Source of the DNA: an uncultured Gemmatimonadales bacterium
GTDB taxonomy: Bacteria > Gemmatimonadota > Gemmatimonadetes > Gemmatimonadales > Gemmatimonadaceae
Length of the DNA stretch: 64,000 bases
Direction of reading: 5' to 3'
NCBI GenBank assembly: GCA_963850905.1
Contig: CAWKMU010000003.1
Coordinates: 1,760,001-1,824,000, forward strand
Positions 49,655-59,953 of the stretch are shown in pieces. The notes below the pieces were generated by a model, which had not been told where the DNA came from, did not search any database, and saw nothing but the letters and a program-made list of their open reading frames with translations. Numbering within the stretch: position 1 is the first letter of the stretch; each line of letters opens with the position of its first letter. The position numbers and the translations under genes are program-made.

Positions 49655-50080
49655 ATGTCTTCTCTCTCCTTTCTGCTCTCCGGACCCGTGGGCGCCCAGC
49701 GCTCCCGACGCCGTGTCGCCCGCGTGCTCCTCCCCGCGTTGATGCTGACGGGCGGGTGCTACCACATGACCGTCGAGACTGGCGCTCCGCCCTCCACACA
49801 CATCGTGTCCGACAAGTCCGTGCCCGCGTGGTTCGTCGGCCTGGTGCCTCCCAACACGGTCGTCACCGTGAGGAGGTGCCCCCTGGGCGTGGCCAAAGTG
49901 GAGACAGGTCTGTCGGTCTCGAACGCTCTGGTCTCGGTTGTCACGCTCGGGATCTATACACCAATGACCGTGCGGGCGACGTGCACCCAGGGGACGCCAC
50001 CAGTCTCGTATCCGCCCATCATGTCGGGGTCGAGGATCCTGCGTGCGGCGAGCCTGGAGGGGACCGGCGCAGCGCCCTGA
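49655..50080 (+). CDS. Bor/Iss-like lipoprotein
   Basis: TGGC-YH..VETG, W..GLVPP, CP.GVAKVET, TLGIYTPM.V..TC. Confidence 0.75.
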   Translation: MSSLSFLLSGPVGAQRSRRRVARVLLPALMLTGGCYHMTVETGAPPSTHIVSDKSVPAWFVGLVPPNTVVTVRRCPLGVAKVETGLSVSNALVSVVTLGIYTPMTVRATCTQGTPPVSYPPIMSGSRILRAASLEGTGAAP

Positions 50081-50092
50081 TAACAGGCGACC

Positions 50093-51304
50093 GTGCACTT
50101 CGCGGCACAGCGCGGGTCAATGCGAGTCAGCGCGTCATTACGACGGCGCAGGGCGTCGCCGAAGGCACAGCTCATCGTGCGGCAGACCTTCGACGAGGCG
50201 CTCGCGCGCGCATCCGACGTGGTCGGTGCGCGACCTGACGACCTCGATCGCGTGCCACTGTTGTTCAGCCAGCACGGTGGGTTCAACAAGCGCATGCAGG
50301 ATGTGATGGCCGGGAAGAAGGCGTCGGTCAACCTCCCCGCCATGCTCGAGCGTTTCATGCGCGAGCGATTCCCGTCGTACCGATTCGCGACCGACGATCT
50401 CGGACAGATCACATTCAGGCGGTCGCTGGCTCGGAAGCTCGACCTGCTCCTGGTCGTCGATCGCGTACACCAATGGGGACTCGGCAAGTCGTTCAGCCTC
50501 GACCTCGCGGCCGACTATCCGGGCACGCGGCTCGCCCGGCGGGGTTCCCGGACCGCTGGACAACGTACGAATCTCTTCTGGCTCTTCCATAGGGGTTTCG
50601 AAAAGCGCGTCTGGTCGTACACCACGCGAGCCGAGTTAGTTGAGGCGTTGGAGGGTTGCGCCGTGCTGCTCGAGCGGGTGCTCCCCGTTGTCGAAGAGCA
50701 ATGCCGTCGGCTGCTCGCTCCACTCCCCAAGGCATTGCCATCGGGTACGGCCGTGCAGGGTGCGTTGAGCGCGCGCGAGGCCCACGCGATCGCGCGCGGG
50801 CTGGCGGACGAGTGGGCGCGAGATGCGGAGCTTCAGGGCATTGGCTCGTCGTATCTGCACTCCGTGTACACGGCGCGCGGTGTCCCCATCGCATCGCTCG
50901 CGCATGACGGCCGCCTCCACGCCACCGGCGCGTGGTATGTCACCTTCCTGTCGAAGCAGCTCGACACCCTGTGTCAGTACGTCGTCCCGCACACCGGGCG
51001 TGTGTGGTGGGGCACGCACAGCGTGCTGCAGGGAGTGACTCCCAAGTACAGTGCCTCGGTAGCCTCGGACGACTGGCTCGATTCGACCGCCGTCGCGCCG
51101 CGCGCACTCCAGGCGGCGCGGGTCGATCTCCATCGCGCCGTGGACGAGATCGTGCTCGCGCTGCGCGATCCCACGTGCTACACCGGCGCCTTTGTGTGGG
51201 AGGCGACGTGTATGACGTATGTCGGCACGAAAGCCAAACGGCGCGACGTTGTCTTCCAACTCGATCGCCACACCAGCGAGGCCCTGGGCAGAACGGTGCG
51301 CTAA
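50093..51304 (+). CDS. Hypothetical protein
   Basis: Long open frame filling the gap between co-oriented genes; no recognised motif; start uncertain. Confidence 0.55.
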   Translation: MHFAAQRGSMRVSASLRRRRASPKAQLIVRQTFDEALARASDVVGARPDDLDRVPLLFSQHGGFNKRMQDVMAGKKASVNLPAMLERFMRERFPSYRFATDDLGQITFRRSLARKLDLLLVVDRVHQWGLGKSFSLDLAADYPGTRLARRGSRTAGQRTNLFWLFHRGFEKRVWSYTTRAELVEALEGCAVLLERVLPVVEEQCRRLLAPLPKALPSGTAVQGALSAREAHAIARGLADEWARDAELQGIGSSYLHSVYTARGVPIASLAHDGRLHATGAWYVTFLSKQLDTLCQYVVPHTGRVWWGTHSVLQGVTPKYSASVASDDWLDSTAVAPRALQAARVDLHRAVDEIVLALRDPTCYTGAFVWEATCMTYVGTKAKRRDVVFQLDRHTSEALGRTVR

Positions 51305-51432
51305 CCCATGGTGTTGACAGGAGACAAGTGACGGGTAACGCCTGACGGGCAACGATGAACGGCACCCACAAACCTGCTACGGTTTCGTGGGGTGATGTAG
51401 TGCGTTTTTGGCCGTTGCCTGTCTGATCGTAT

Positions 51433-52344
51433 ATGGGCGATGACACGCTGAACGATCCGGGACCGGGGCACCCAGACCCCGTAGACGCCGCCGAGCTGGC
51501 GCTCTGGGAGCGGTTCCTCTCACAGGAATCGAACGTCGACGATGCACGGGTTGACGCGCGGTCGAAAGCTCCGGGCGATGCGAGTGACTCGGCGGCCGGT
51601 GTGCCCACGGTCGTGCTGCAGGCACTGACACCAATGGGGCAGGTGCCAAGCGTCGACGCGCACGCGATGCTCGCTCGGCTCCGCGCGCGCCTCGCGACCA
51701 ACGACTCGACGGTGCTGGCGCTCCGGCCCGCACGATTCGCAGCCCATGGCCGGCGCCTGGCTGCCGCTGCAGGATGGGCCGCTGCGGCCGGGATCATGAT
51801 CATGGCACTCGCACAGCCCAGAGACGCCGCTACGCGCTCGATTCAGCTCGGCCTCCGCGACACGGGGACCTATCAGGCCGGACCCGCGGAGCGACTGCGC
51901 ATGCGACTTCCGGATGGCACCGAAGTCATCGCCGGGCCCAATACGTCAGTCCGCATTTCGGGGCCAAGCGACCGACGGTCGGTGTACGTGCACGGGGAAG
52001 CCTACGTCGATGCAAATCGAGACACGGTGCATCGCCTCATCGTCCGCGCGGGGAATGCTTTTCTGCAGAATGTCGGCGCGCGGTTTGCCGTCCGAACGGA
52101 CTCGGACAACAAGGAGGTGCGCATCGCCGTCGCGACAGGGGTCGTGCTCGCGGGCGATACCGGCGCCCCGTGGCAGTCCGGCCGCGTCCTCACTCGCGGC
52201 GCGGTCGGCGTCGTCTCCGCGCTCGGGACCACTCGTACTTTCCGTCCGGTCGACCTCGATGACGCAATGATCTGGGAGCACGGAGGACCGCGACTTGGCC
52301 GTGACCAGCTGCGCGATGAGCTTCCGCGTCTAGACGGCGCATGA
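51433..52344 (+). CDS. FecR-family protein, C-terminally short
   Basis: TM helix, then LPDGTEV..GPNTS, V.GEAY, G.RFAVR, V.V..G.V. Confidence 0.8.
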   Translation: MGDDTLNDPGPGHPDPVDAAELALWERFLSQESNVDDARVDARSKAPGDASDSAAGVPTVVLQALTPMGQVPSVDAHAMLARLRARLATNDSTVLALRPARFAAHGRRLAAAAGWAAAAGIMIMALAQPRDAATRSIQLGLRDTGTYQAGPAERLRMRLPDGTEVIAGPNTSVRISGPSDRRSVYVHGEAYVDANRDTVHRLIVRAGNAFLQNVGARFAVRTDSDNKEVRIAVATGVVLAGDTGAPWQSGRVLTRGAVGVVSALGTTRTFRPVDLDDAMIWEHGGPRLGRDQLRDELPRLDGA

Positions 52345-54635
52345 CGCGCGGCCGACGCAAATCGAGCGAAGACGAGTCGAACGCCAAGCCCCCGTATGGC
52401 GCAGCGGCGATCGCGGCGCTCCTCGTGTTTCTGCTCTATGCGATCACTCTCGCGCAGTCCACCGCGATGTGGGACACCAGCGAGTACATCGCGGCCGCAT
52501 ATGTGCTGGGGATCCCGCATCCGCCGGGCAATCCATTCTTCGTGCTCCTCGGCCATGTCTTCACGCTGCTCCCCATCGCGCCAACGATCGCCCAGCGTGT
52601 CAACGTCATGGCTGCGCTCACCAGCGCGGCATCGGCGGGGATTTGGTTTCTCGTGGCCGAGCGGGTGCTGGCCGGCTGGTTGTCGGCGCGGTGGCTTCGC
52701 ATAGTCGGGGCGTCGGCCGCTGTCCTGATCGGCGCGACGGCGTTCACCGTGTGGGATCAATCGATTGTCAACGAGAAAGTCTATACCATCTCGCTGCTGT
52801 TCTTTGCGATCGTGGCATGGCTCATGGTGCGGTGGTCGGATGACCCCCACGGCCCCAAAGCGGACAAGCTCCTCATCCTGAGCGCGTTCCTCGTGGGGCT
52901 GGGCTATACCAACCACCCCGCGGGATTCCTGGTGATACCGGCTGTGGGCGTCGCAATCCTCGCTCGCCGGCCACGCGTCCTACTCGACCGCCGCCTCATC
53001 ATCCGCTGTGCCGCCGCGCTTGCGCTCGGGCTCACGCCATTTCTGTTCGAGCCCATCCGCGCCGCACAATTCCCGGCCCTCAACGAGGGCGAGACGACGG
53101 CTTGCGAAACACACCTCGCGCTCTCCTGTACGCTCAACCACGAGACCTGGCAGCGCGTCGCGGCTCACATCACGCGCGAGCAGTATGGGCCGCACGATGA
53201 TGCCGTGCGACAGGCGCCGCTGTCCGCGCAGCTCGGGATGTACTGGCTCTACTTCAAGTGGCAATGGGTCCGCGACGCGACGGGCCGGCATCCGGGCCTG
53301 CAGAACGCGGCCGCGGCGCTCTTCCTCATCTTGGGGTTATTCGGTGCGTACGCTCACTGGCGCTACGATCGCCGCAGCATGTGGTTCTTCGCCGCATTGG
53401 TGTTCACGGTGGCGCCGGCGCTCATCTGGTACATGAATTTCAAGTACGGCTCATCGCAGGCGCCCGAGCTCGGCCAATCGGTCGCCCGCGAACCCCGCGA
53501 CCGCGACTACTTCTATCTCTGGAGCTACTCGACCTGGAGCGTCTGGGTCGCGCTGGGTCTCATGTGGCTCTGGGAATCGCTCGCTGGCGCGATCCAATGG
53601 TCCGCGGGCGGCCAATCCGCGTCACGGGTCGGCGAGGGAGGTGCGATCCCCACGCGTAACTGGCTCGCGACCGCCCCGGTCCTGGTGATCGCGCTCATCC
53701 CCTTCATCGCGAACCATGGCGTGGCCCCGCGGCGCGAGCAGGTCGCAACACGCGATGTCGCCAAAGATCTGCTCAACTCCGTGGAGCCATACGGGATCCT
53801 CGTCACCGTTGGCGACAACGACCTCTTTCCGCTCTGGTACGCGCAGGAAGTCGAAGGCGTCCGCAAGGACGTGCTCGTCGTCACGACAGCGTTGCTCGGC
53901 ACGAACTGGTATGCGGGCCAGCTGATCCGGCGGCCAGTCTACACATACGACTCGCTCGCAGGACCGCCTGTCTATCGGGGCCGTGCGTGGCCCAAACCCA
54001 CTCGTCCGCCGCTCGCGATGACGATCGATCAGTCGCGACTGGTGCCCGAGGTCGTGCCGCTCTCGGCCAGCGTCGTCTTCCGCAAGCCGGGAACCAATCT
54101 CGTTGCACGCATCGATCCCGCCCGCCTCCCCCTGGCGGGGCTGACGCGAGATCAGCTGTTCGTGCTGCACCTCATCGCAGACAACTCCGGCCGCCCGGTG
54201 TTCTTCAGCGCGACCGACGGATCGTATCCGAACGAGCTGGGTCTGGGAGACTACTTGCTCACGCAAGGGCTCGCGCGCAAGGTCGTCGATGACATCCCCG
54301 CCGCGACGCGAGACACGGTGGGAGTGCCGGGGGCAGGGTGGATCGACACGAGCCGGTCGCTCGCGCTGTGGAACGGACTGTCCGCCCCGCGTACGATGCT
54401 CGCACACCCTGGCTGGGTCGACCGAGCCTCCGTCCAGATGCCGATGCTCTACGTCGTGCAGGGGGCGATCCTCGCAGAGGCATTGGATCGGCGCGGCCTT
54501 CCCGGCGACACGACCCGCGCGCGTGACGTCCTCGCGCTGTCGGAGCGGCTCGCCGACGACGTCGGCCTGGGAGACATCTTTCGGCCGCGACAAGCAGTCC
54601 AGCCGTCACTGGGTGATACGCCAGTGACGCGGTAA
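52341..54635 (+). CDS. DUF2723 (TMEM260-like) GT-C membrane glycosyltransferase
   Basis: WDTSEYIAAAY.LGIPHPPGNP, EKVY, REPRDRDYFY, GDNDLFPLWYAQEVEGVR.DV; many TM segments. Confidence 0.88.
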   Translation: MTRGRRKSSEDESNAKPPYGAAAIAALLVFLLYAITLAQSTAMWDTSEYIAAAYVLGIPHPPGNPFFVLLGHVFTLLPIAPTIAQRVNVMAALTSAASAGIWFLVAERVLAGWLSARWLRIVGASAAVLIGATAFTVWDQSIVNEKVYTISLLFFAIVAWLMVRWSDDPHGPKADKLLILSAFLVGLGYTNHPAGFLVIPAVGVAILARRPRVLLDRRLIIRCAAALALGLTPFLFEPIRAAQFPALNEGETTACETHLALSCTLNHETWQRVAAHITREQYGPHDDAVRQAPLSAQLGMYWLYFKWQWVRDATGRHPGLQNAAAALFLILGLFGAYAHWRYDRRSMWFFAALVFTVAPALIWYMNFKYGSSQAPELGQSVAREPRDRDYFYLWSYSTWSVWVALGLMWLWESLAGAIQWSAGGQSASRVGEGGAIPTRNWLATAPVLVIALIPFIANHGVAPRREQVATRDVAKDLLNSVEPYGILVTVGDNDLFPLWYAQEVEGVRKDVLVVTTALLGTNWYAGQLIRRPVYTYDSLAGPPVYRGRAWPKPTRPPLAMTIDQSRLVPEVVPLSASVVFRKPGTNLVARIDPARLPLAGLTRDQLFVLHLIADNSGRPVFFSATDGSYPNELGLGDYLLTQGLARKVVDDIPAATRDTVGVPGAGWIDTSRSLALWNGLSAPRTMLAHPGWVDRASVQMPMLYVVQGAILAEALDRRGLPGDTTRARDVLALSERLADDVGLGDIFRPRQAVQPSLGDTPVTR

Positions 54636-54665
54636 GCGGCGGGCGCCCAGCACCCGCTCTTCAGT

Positions 54666-56573
54666 CTAGGGCAGGACCGTGAGGTCCACGGCGGACGCGG
54701 CCCCCACCTGGTGATACACGCGTTCGTGGGCCGTTTGGAAATCCGCCGCCGCTGCCTGGTTGATGTTCTCGAAGCGCTGCGGGTTGCGATCCACGAGTGG
54801 GAACCACGAGCTCTGGACCTGCACCATGATGCGGTGACCGGGCTTGAACTGGTGGAACGCGTCGGGCAGCGTGAACGTGACGGGCGTGACCTGTCCGGGC
54901 ACGAAGGCCGTCGGATGCTCCAGGCTCGCTCGGAACTTCCCGCGCATGACCTCCGCTCTGACGAGCTGCTGATAGCCGCCCATGACCACCTGGTGTGGGT
55001 TGGGGTTCGGGTTGGGCGTGTCGTCGGGGTACACGTCGATGAGCTTCACGACCCAGTCCGCGTCGGTGCCGCTCGTCGAGACATAGAGCTTCGCCGTGAT
55101 TGGACCGGCGATCACCAGCGGATTGACCAAGGGCGCCGTTTCGTAGACCAGCACGTCAGGTCGTTCGGAGGCGAAGCGCTGATCGATCGCCATGTATTCA
55201 GCGGGGCGCTCACTCTGGATGCCGGACATGTAGGGCACGGGGTGGGCCGGGTCGCTCACGTACTCGTCGTACCCTGCGGCGGCGGCGCGCGGCGGCAGGG
55301 TGTCGAGGCGGCACTCCGACTGGAAATACAGCGTACGCGTCGCAACGCCGCGCGGCGGCCAGGCCTCGAACGTGCGCCACTGGTTTGCGCCGGTCTCATA
55401 GACGAAGGCGCCCCATGATCCCAGATCGCCTTTGTCCTTGAGGTAGTGCTCGAAGAACGGCAACTCCGCCCGTTCGTGATAGTCGTCCGCCGTCTTGGTC
55501 GGGAAAACGAGGTCGGTAAAGTGGCCGCCATCGGTCAGGAACCATCCGGCGTGGAACCAGGGGCCCATGACCAGGCGGGTGGCCTGATTGGCACGCGCGG
55601 CTGCGTGGTAGACCGCGAGCGTGCCCCAGAGGTCTTCCGCATCGAACCAGCCGCCGACGACCATGACGGCGGCTGGGATATCGTGGATGTGCGGGATCGG
55701 CGTTCGCGCTTTCCAGAACGCGTCGTACGTCGGATGGGCGAGGACGGAGTCGAAGAACGGGACCTGATGATGGAGGTAGCGGGCGTCCACCATCGGCAGC
55801 GGCCCCACGCTGTCGAGAAAAAAGCGATACTCGTCCGGCTTGAAGTGCTCGAGGCCATGGGTGCGCTCGTTGGTCGGCGTCGGCCGGGCGACGCCGAATC
55901 CCGACATAAAGTCGAACGCGTCGGTGAGAAAGAGCGCCCCGTTGTGATGAAAATCATCGCCCCGGAACCAGTCGGTCACGGGCGCCTGCGGCGAGACCGC
56001 CTTGAGCGCGGGATGTCGGCTCAGGACCCCCAGGGTGCTGTAATAGCCCAGGTACGAGATGCCGTACTGGCCGACGCGCCCGTTGTTGTGCGGGATGTTC
56101 TTGAGAAGCCAATCGATCGAGTCGTAGGTGTCGGTGGCTTCGTCGACGTCACCCGGGCCCGGGTGATCATGATACGGTGGTACGTCGATGAAGGTGCCCT
56201 CCGAGAGGAATTTCCCCCGGACGTCCTGGAACGCGAAGATGTAGCCCGCTCGCGCAAACGATTCCGCGGGGCCGACCGGATGAAAATATTCGTCAGCTCC
56301 GTACGGCGTGCGGGTGAGCAGGATCGGGTAGGACGTCGACGTGTCCTTGGGGGTGAACACGATCGTGCGCAGCCGCACGCCGTCGCGCGTGGGCACCATG
56401 AGATCGTGTCGATCGTAGCGCTCGACGACGAATGCGGGCACCGAATCCTGGCCGTGCAGGGGCGCGACCATGGCGAGCCAGCTGATCCCGGTGGCGACAG
56501 TGGCCAGGAGCACGCATGGCGCCGGGGTCCTTCTCCAAGGCGCAGCGGTTTTCGGTCGGATGATTATTGCCAT
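54666..56573 (-). CDS. CocE/NonD-family hydrolase (alpha-amino acid ester hydrolase-like)
   Basis: RDGVRL.T, RTPY, QDVRGKF.SEG, GISYLG, GGWFDAED, GPWFH, QVQSSWFPL.DRNPQ. Confidence 0.92.
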   Translation of the reverse strand: MAIIIRPKTAAPWRRTPAPCVLLATVATGISWLAMVAPLHGQDSVPAFVVERYDRHDLMVPTRDGVRLRTIVFTPKDTSTSYPILLTRTPYGADEYFHPVGPAESFARAGYIFAFQDVRGKFLSEGTFIDVPPYHDHPGPGDVDEATDTYDSIDWLLKNIPHNNGRVGQYGISYLGYYSTLGVLSRHPALKAVSPQAPVTDWFRGDDFHHNGALFLTDAFDFMSGFGVARPTPTNERTHGLEHFKPDEYRFFLDSVGPLPMVDARYLHHQVPFFDSVLAHPTYDAFWKARTPIPHIHDIPAAVMVVGGWFDAEDLWGTLAVYHAAARANQATRLVMGPWFHAGWFLTDGGHFTDLVFPTKTADDYHERAELPFFEHYLKDKGDLGSWGAFVYETGANQWRTFEAWPPRGVATRTLYFQSECRLDTLPPRAAAAGYDEYVSDPAHPVPYMSGIQSERPAEYMAIDQRFASERPDVLVYETAPLVNPLVIAGPITAKLYVSTSGTDADWVVKLIDVYPDDTPNPNPNPHQVVMGGYQQLVRAEVMRGKFRASLEHPTAFVPGQVTPVTFTLPDAFHQFKPGHRIMVQVQSSWFPLVDRNPQRFENINQAAAADFQTAHERVYHQVGAASAVDLTVLP

Positions 56574-56800
56574 AGGTTCGGCGGCGAGGGTTGTGGATTG
56601 CCGTGGCCTTCGGGGGCCAGCCACTAGCGCTGAGTGCGCCCGTGCGCATTCTACACCACACGGTGGCGCGGCCGCGACCCATTCGGTCGACGTCCTCGTG
56701 ATCTGGCAGAACGCCTGCCGACATCTCACGACCCTTCAGATCCGAGCTGAATCCGTTCCGCAGTGATGCATCGCCCCTTCCACTGGACGCGAGGTGCTCA

Positions 56801-58183
56801 ATGACGCTGACGATTGCGCAGGATCAGACGAGGGCGACGGTAGCACATCGGGTCGAGTCGACCTACCGCCTGCGGACGCTGCAGTCGCGCGCATTCCACG
56901 AGCGGGCGGTGCACAGCTTGCCTGGAGGCAGCACGCGAGCGGGCACGTTCTACCTCCCATACCCGACTTACATGGCCCGTGGCCGCGGATGCCGGTTGAC
57001 GGACGTCGATGACAACGTGTACATCGACTGCCTCAGCAACTACACATCATTGATTCATGGGCACGCGCACCCCTCGCTCACGTCGACGCTGTCCGTGCAC
57101 GCGGCGCGGGGCACCGCGCACGGTGCGCCAGTCGAGGCCGAGATCGCGCTCGCCGAATTGATCGCGCACCGTGTGCGATCAGTCGAGCTACTCCGCTTCA
57201 CCAATTCCGGCACCGAAGCCGTTATGGGCGCCATCCGCGCCGCTCGTGCGGCAACTGGTCGCGCCAAAGTCCTGAAAATGGAGGGCGGGTACCACGGGAG
57301 CTATGACGCGGCCGAGGTAAGCGTCGATCCGGGGTTGGACGCGCCGGCGTGGCCGACGGGCCGCCCGGATGGAGCCGGGCTCTCGCCGGGGCTGGGAGGG
57401 GAAGTGCTCATCGCGCCGTTCAACGATCTGGCCACCGCGTCCGCGCTCATCGATCGGCACCGCCGCGACCTCGCGGCCGTGATCGTCGAGCCGGTCATGA
57501 CCGCGGCCGGCGTGATCCCCGCAACCGACGAATTTCTTCGCGGGTTGCGGACGGCGACCGCGGCGGCCGGGGTGCTCCTCATCCTGGACGAGGTCGTGAC
57601 GTTCCGGCTCGCCACCGGCGGCGCCCAGCAGCGCTACGGGATTTCGCCCGACCTGACGACATTCGCGAAGATCATCGGCGGGGGACTGCCGATTGGCGCT
57701 TTCGGCGGGTCCGCGGCGATCATGCGCGCGTTTGATGTGCGCTGCCCCGGTGCGATCACAGTATCGGGGACGTTCAACGGCAATCTCGCCGCCATGGCGA
57801 TGGGCCTGACGGCACTCGACCTCCTCACCACGGGCGAGATCGACCGGATCAATGAGCTGGGCGACCGCCTTCGCCACGGGCTCCAAACGGCGGCCGACGA
57901 GAGCGACTTCCCGGCGCTGATCACCGGCATGGGATCGCTCGCCCACATTCACGCAGGTCAAGCGCCATCCGCACCGATATCCAGCTACCGCGAATCCCGG
58001 TGTGACTCGCGGGAGCTCGCAGCGCTCGTCCACCTCGAGTTGCTGAACCGCGGCGTGTTCATCGCGCCGCGCGGGATGTTCTGCGTGTCGACGCCCATGA
58101 CCGAAGCGACAATCGACGGAGTGATCGCCGCTTTCCGCGAGGTGGCTGCCACCCTCGCGCCGGCGGCACACAGCTCGGGGTGA
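56801..58183 (+). CDS. Class III PLP aminotransferase (glutamate-1-semialdehyde aminomutase-like)
   Basis: RFTNSGTEA, GGYHG, IVEPV, LILDEVVTFR, PDLTTFAKIIGGGLPIGAFGG, SGTFNGN. Confidence 0.88.
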   Translation: MTLTIAQDQTRATVAHRVESTYRLRTLQSRAFHERAVHSLPGGSTRAGTFYLPYPTYMARGRGCRLTDVDDNVYIDCLSNYTSLIHGHAHPSLTSTLSVHAARGTAHGAPVEAEIALAELIAHRVRSVELLRFTNSGTEAVMGAIRAARAATGRAKVLKMEGGYHGSYDAAEVSVDPGLDAPAWPTGRPDGAGLSPGLGGEVLIAPFNDLATASALIDRHRRDLAAVIVEPVMTAAGVIPATDEFLRGLRTATAAAGVLLILDEVVTFRLATGGAQQRYGISPDLTTFAKIIGGGLPIGAFGGSAAIMRAFDVRCPGAITVSGTFNGNLAAMAMGLTALDLLTTGEIDRINELGDRLRHGLQTAADESDFPALITGMGSLAHIHAGQAPSAPISSYRESRCDSRELAALVHLELLNRGVFIAPRGMFCVSTPMTEATIDGVIAAFREVAATLAPAAHSSG

Positions 58184-58303
58184 GCGCTCACCATCAGCCT
58201 GGCTGGTTACACAATTGGTGCACGGGCGCTGTTTCGCGCGCGGGCGCGCGCGGGAATCTTTGACTGTTCCGCGCGTTTTGCCGCGACCTTTGCTCCCTCC
58301 ACT

Positions 58304-59827
58304 ATGTCGACCGACATCTCCCGCCGCGAAATGCTCCGCGCCGCCGGCGGCGCGACGTTCCTGGCACTCATTCCCACGGGTCGGCTCGCGTTTCCGTTCG
58401 CGCTGCCGTCACTCGCGAGCGACCCGCCACTGCTCTTTACGGCACTGCCATATATCCAGCCGGGCCCGAACAGTACGCTGGTTGCGGGCGCCGAGTCGGT
58501 CGTGATCGCGTGGCAGACCGAGCACAAGCCGCGGGATTTCACCGTCGAATACGGTCCCACGACCCAGTACGGGCACCGAGCGGCGGTGACCGTGGTTGAC
58601 AGACCGGGCCCGACGCCGGACGAAGCGCGCCTCAACTACGCAGCGACGGTCCCGAAGCTCGATCTCGGTCGCCGTTATCTCTATCGGGTCCGCGAGGGGA
58701 CGCGAACGGTGGTCGAGGGCTACTTCACGACCCGCAAGCCGCGAGGGACCGCGATCCGCTTCGTCGCCTTCGGCGACAACTCCTATGGCGATCCGGGGCA
58801 GCGCGCCGTCGCGTGGTACGCGCACCAGGCACGCCCCGACTTCGTCATGAACACTGGTGACAACGTGTACGAGAGCGGACTCGACTCCGAGTACATCAAG
58901 TATTTCTTCCCGATCTACAACGCCGACCTCGGGAGTCCGCAAACGGGTGCCCCGCTGCTCCGGAGCGTGCCATTCTATACGGTGCTGGCCAATCACGACG
59001 TGCACGGTAAGGACGTGGGGAAGGGGCCGGCTGCGGACTTCACCAAAGCGCCCGATGCGCTGGGCTATTACACAGCGATGCACCTGCCGATGAACGGGCC
59101 GGCCACGACGCCGCAACCCACACCGCTCCTCGGCCCGGCGGATGCGTTCCGCGCGGCGGCGGGGGAGCGGTATCCCCGGATGCAGATCTACTCGTTCGAC
59201 TACGGCGACGCGCACTTCCTCTGCCTCGACTCCAACGACTACATCGATCCGACGAACCCCGCGTGGTCCGAGTTCATCGAGCAGGACCTCACGCACACCG
59301 ACGCGATCTGGAAGATCGTCGTCTACCATCACCCAGCGTTCAACGTCGGCCACAATCATTATGCCGAGCAACACATGCGGGTCTTCTCGCCGCTCTTCGA
59401 GCGGCTCGGGGTCTCACTCGTGTTGGCGGGTCACGAGCACGTGTACCAGCGGACGCGCCCCTTCACCTTCGCGCCCGCGGGGCCCGGCGCAGCGCCCAAT
59501 GTCGGCACCGGTAAGCGACTCGTGCCCGGTACCTTCGCCATCGACACTGCTTTCGATGGGGAGTCCGTGACGACACCGCACGGCATTATCTACATCACCA
59601 CTGGCGCTGGCGGCAAAGAGCTCTACGATCCCGGGTTCACCAACGCGCCCGATCAGTGGCTGCACGACGAGGACGGCCGGGCGGCCTACAACGCCCACAT
59701 GTTCACCGACCTGCACTCGTTCACGGTCATCGAGATCGATGGACGCACCCTGAGCTTGCGCCAGCTCGACGAGAACGGGCACGAAGTTGATCGAATCAAG
59801 GTGCAGGCGCCCATGGCGAAGACCTAG
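58304..59827 (+). CDS. Tat-exported purple acid phosphatase-like metallophosphoesterase
   Basis: SRREML twin-arginine signal; FN3-like N-domain; GD, GDNVY, NHD, HH, GHEH. Confidence 0.88.
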   Translation: MSTDISRREMLRAAGGATFLALIPTGRLAFPFALPSLASDPPLLFTALPYIQPGPNSTLVAGAESVVIAWQTEHKPRDFTVEYGPTTQYGHRAAVTVVDRPGPTPDEARLNYAATVPKLDLGRRYLYRVREGTRTVVEGYFTTRKPRGTAIRFVAFGDNSYGDPGQRAVAWYAHQARPDFVMNTGDNVYESGLDSEYIKYFFPIYNADLGSPQTGAPLLRSVPFYTVLANHDVHGKDVGKGPAADFTKAPDALGYYTAMHLPMNGPATTPQPTPLLGPADAFRAAAGERYPRMQIYSFDYGDAHFLCLDSNDYIDPTNPAWSEFIEQDLTHTDAIWKIVVYHHPAFNVGHNHYAEQHMRVFSPLFERLGVSLVLAGHEHVYQRTRPFTFAPAGPGAAPNVGTGKRLVPGTFAIDTAFDGESVTTPHGIIYITTGAGGKELYDPGFTNAPDQWLHDEDGRAAYNAHMFTDLHSFTVIEIDGRTLSLRQLDENGHEVDRIKVQAPMAKT

Positions 59828-59865
59828 CGGCCACGGGCGCCAAAGCGCCCGATACAGTACACCTG

Positions 59866-59916
59866 CAGAGAGTAGAGAGTAGACTTGGGCGGTCCTTGTC
59901 TACTTTCTACTTTCTG
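59866..59916. repeat. Heptamer (AGAGAGT/AGAAAGT) inverted repeat hairpin
   Basis: CAGAGAGTAGAGAGTAGAC ... GTCTACTTTCTACTTTCTG; 19-bp stem whose two mismatches would be G-U pairs. Confidence 0.75.
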
Positions 59917-59953
59917 TCGGTCCACTTTCTCGGGCGCGTAGCGCCCGCCCCAG

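Noticed and set aside
56801..58183. Calling the aminotransferase hemL
   Set aside because: It is GSA-like but has no tetrapyrrole gene context, and many paralogues of this type have other substrates.
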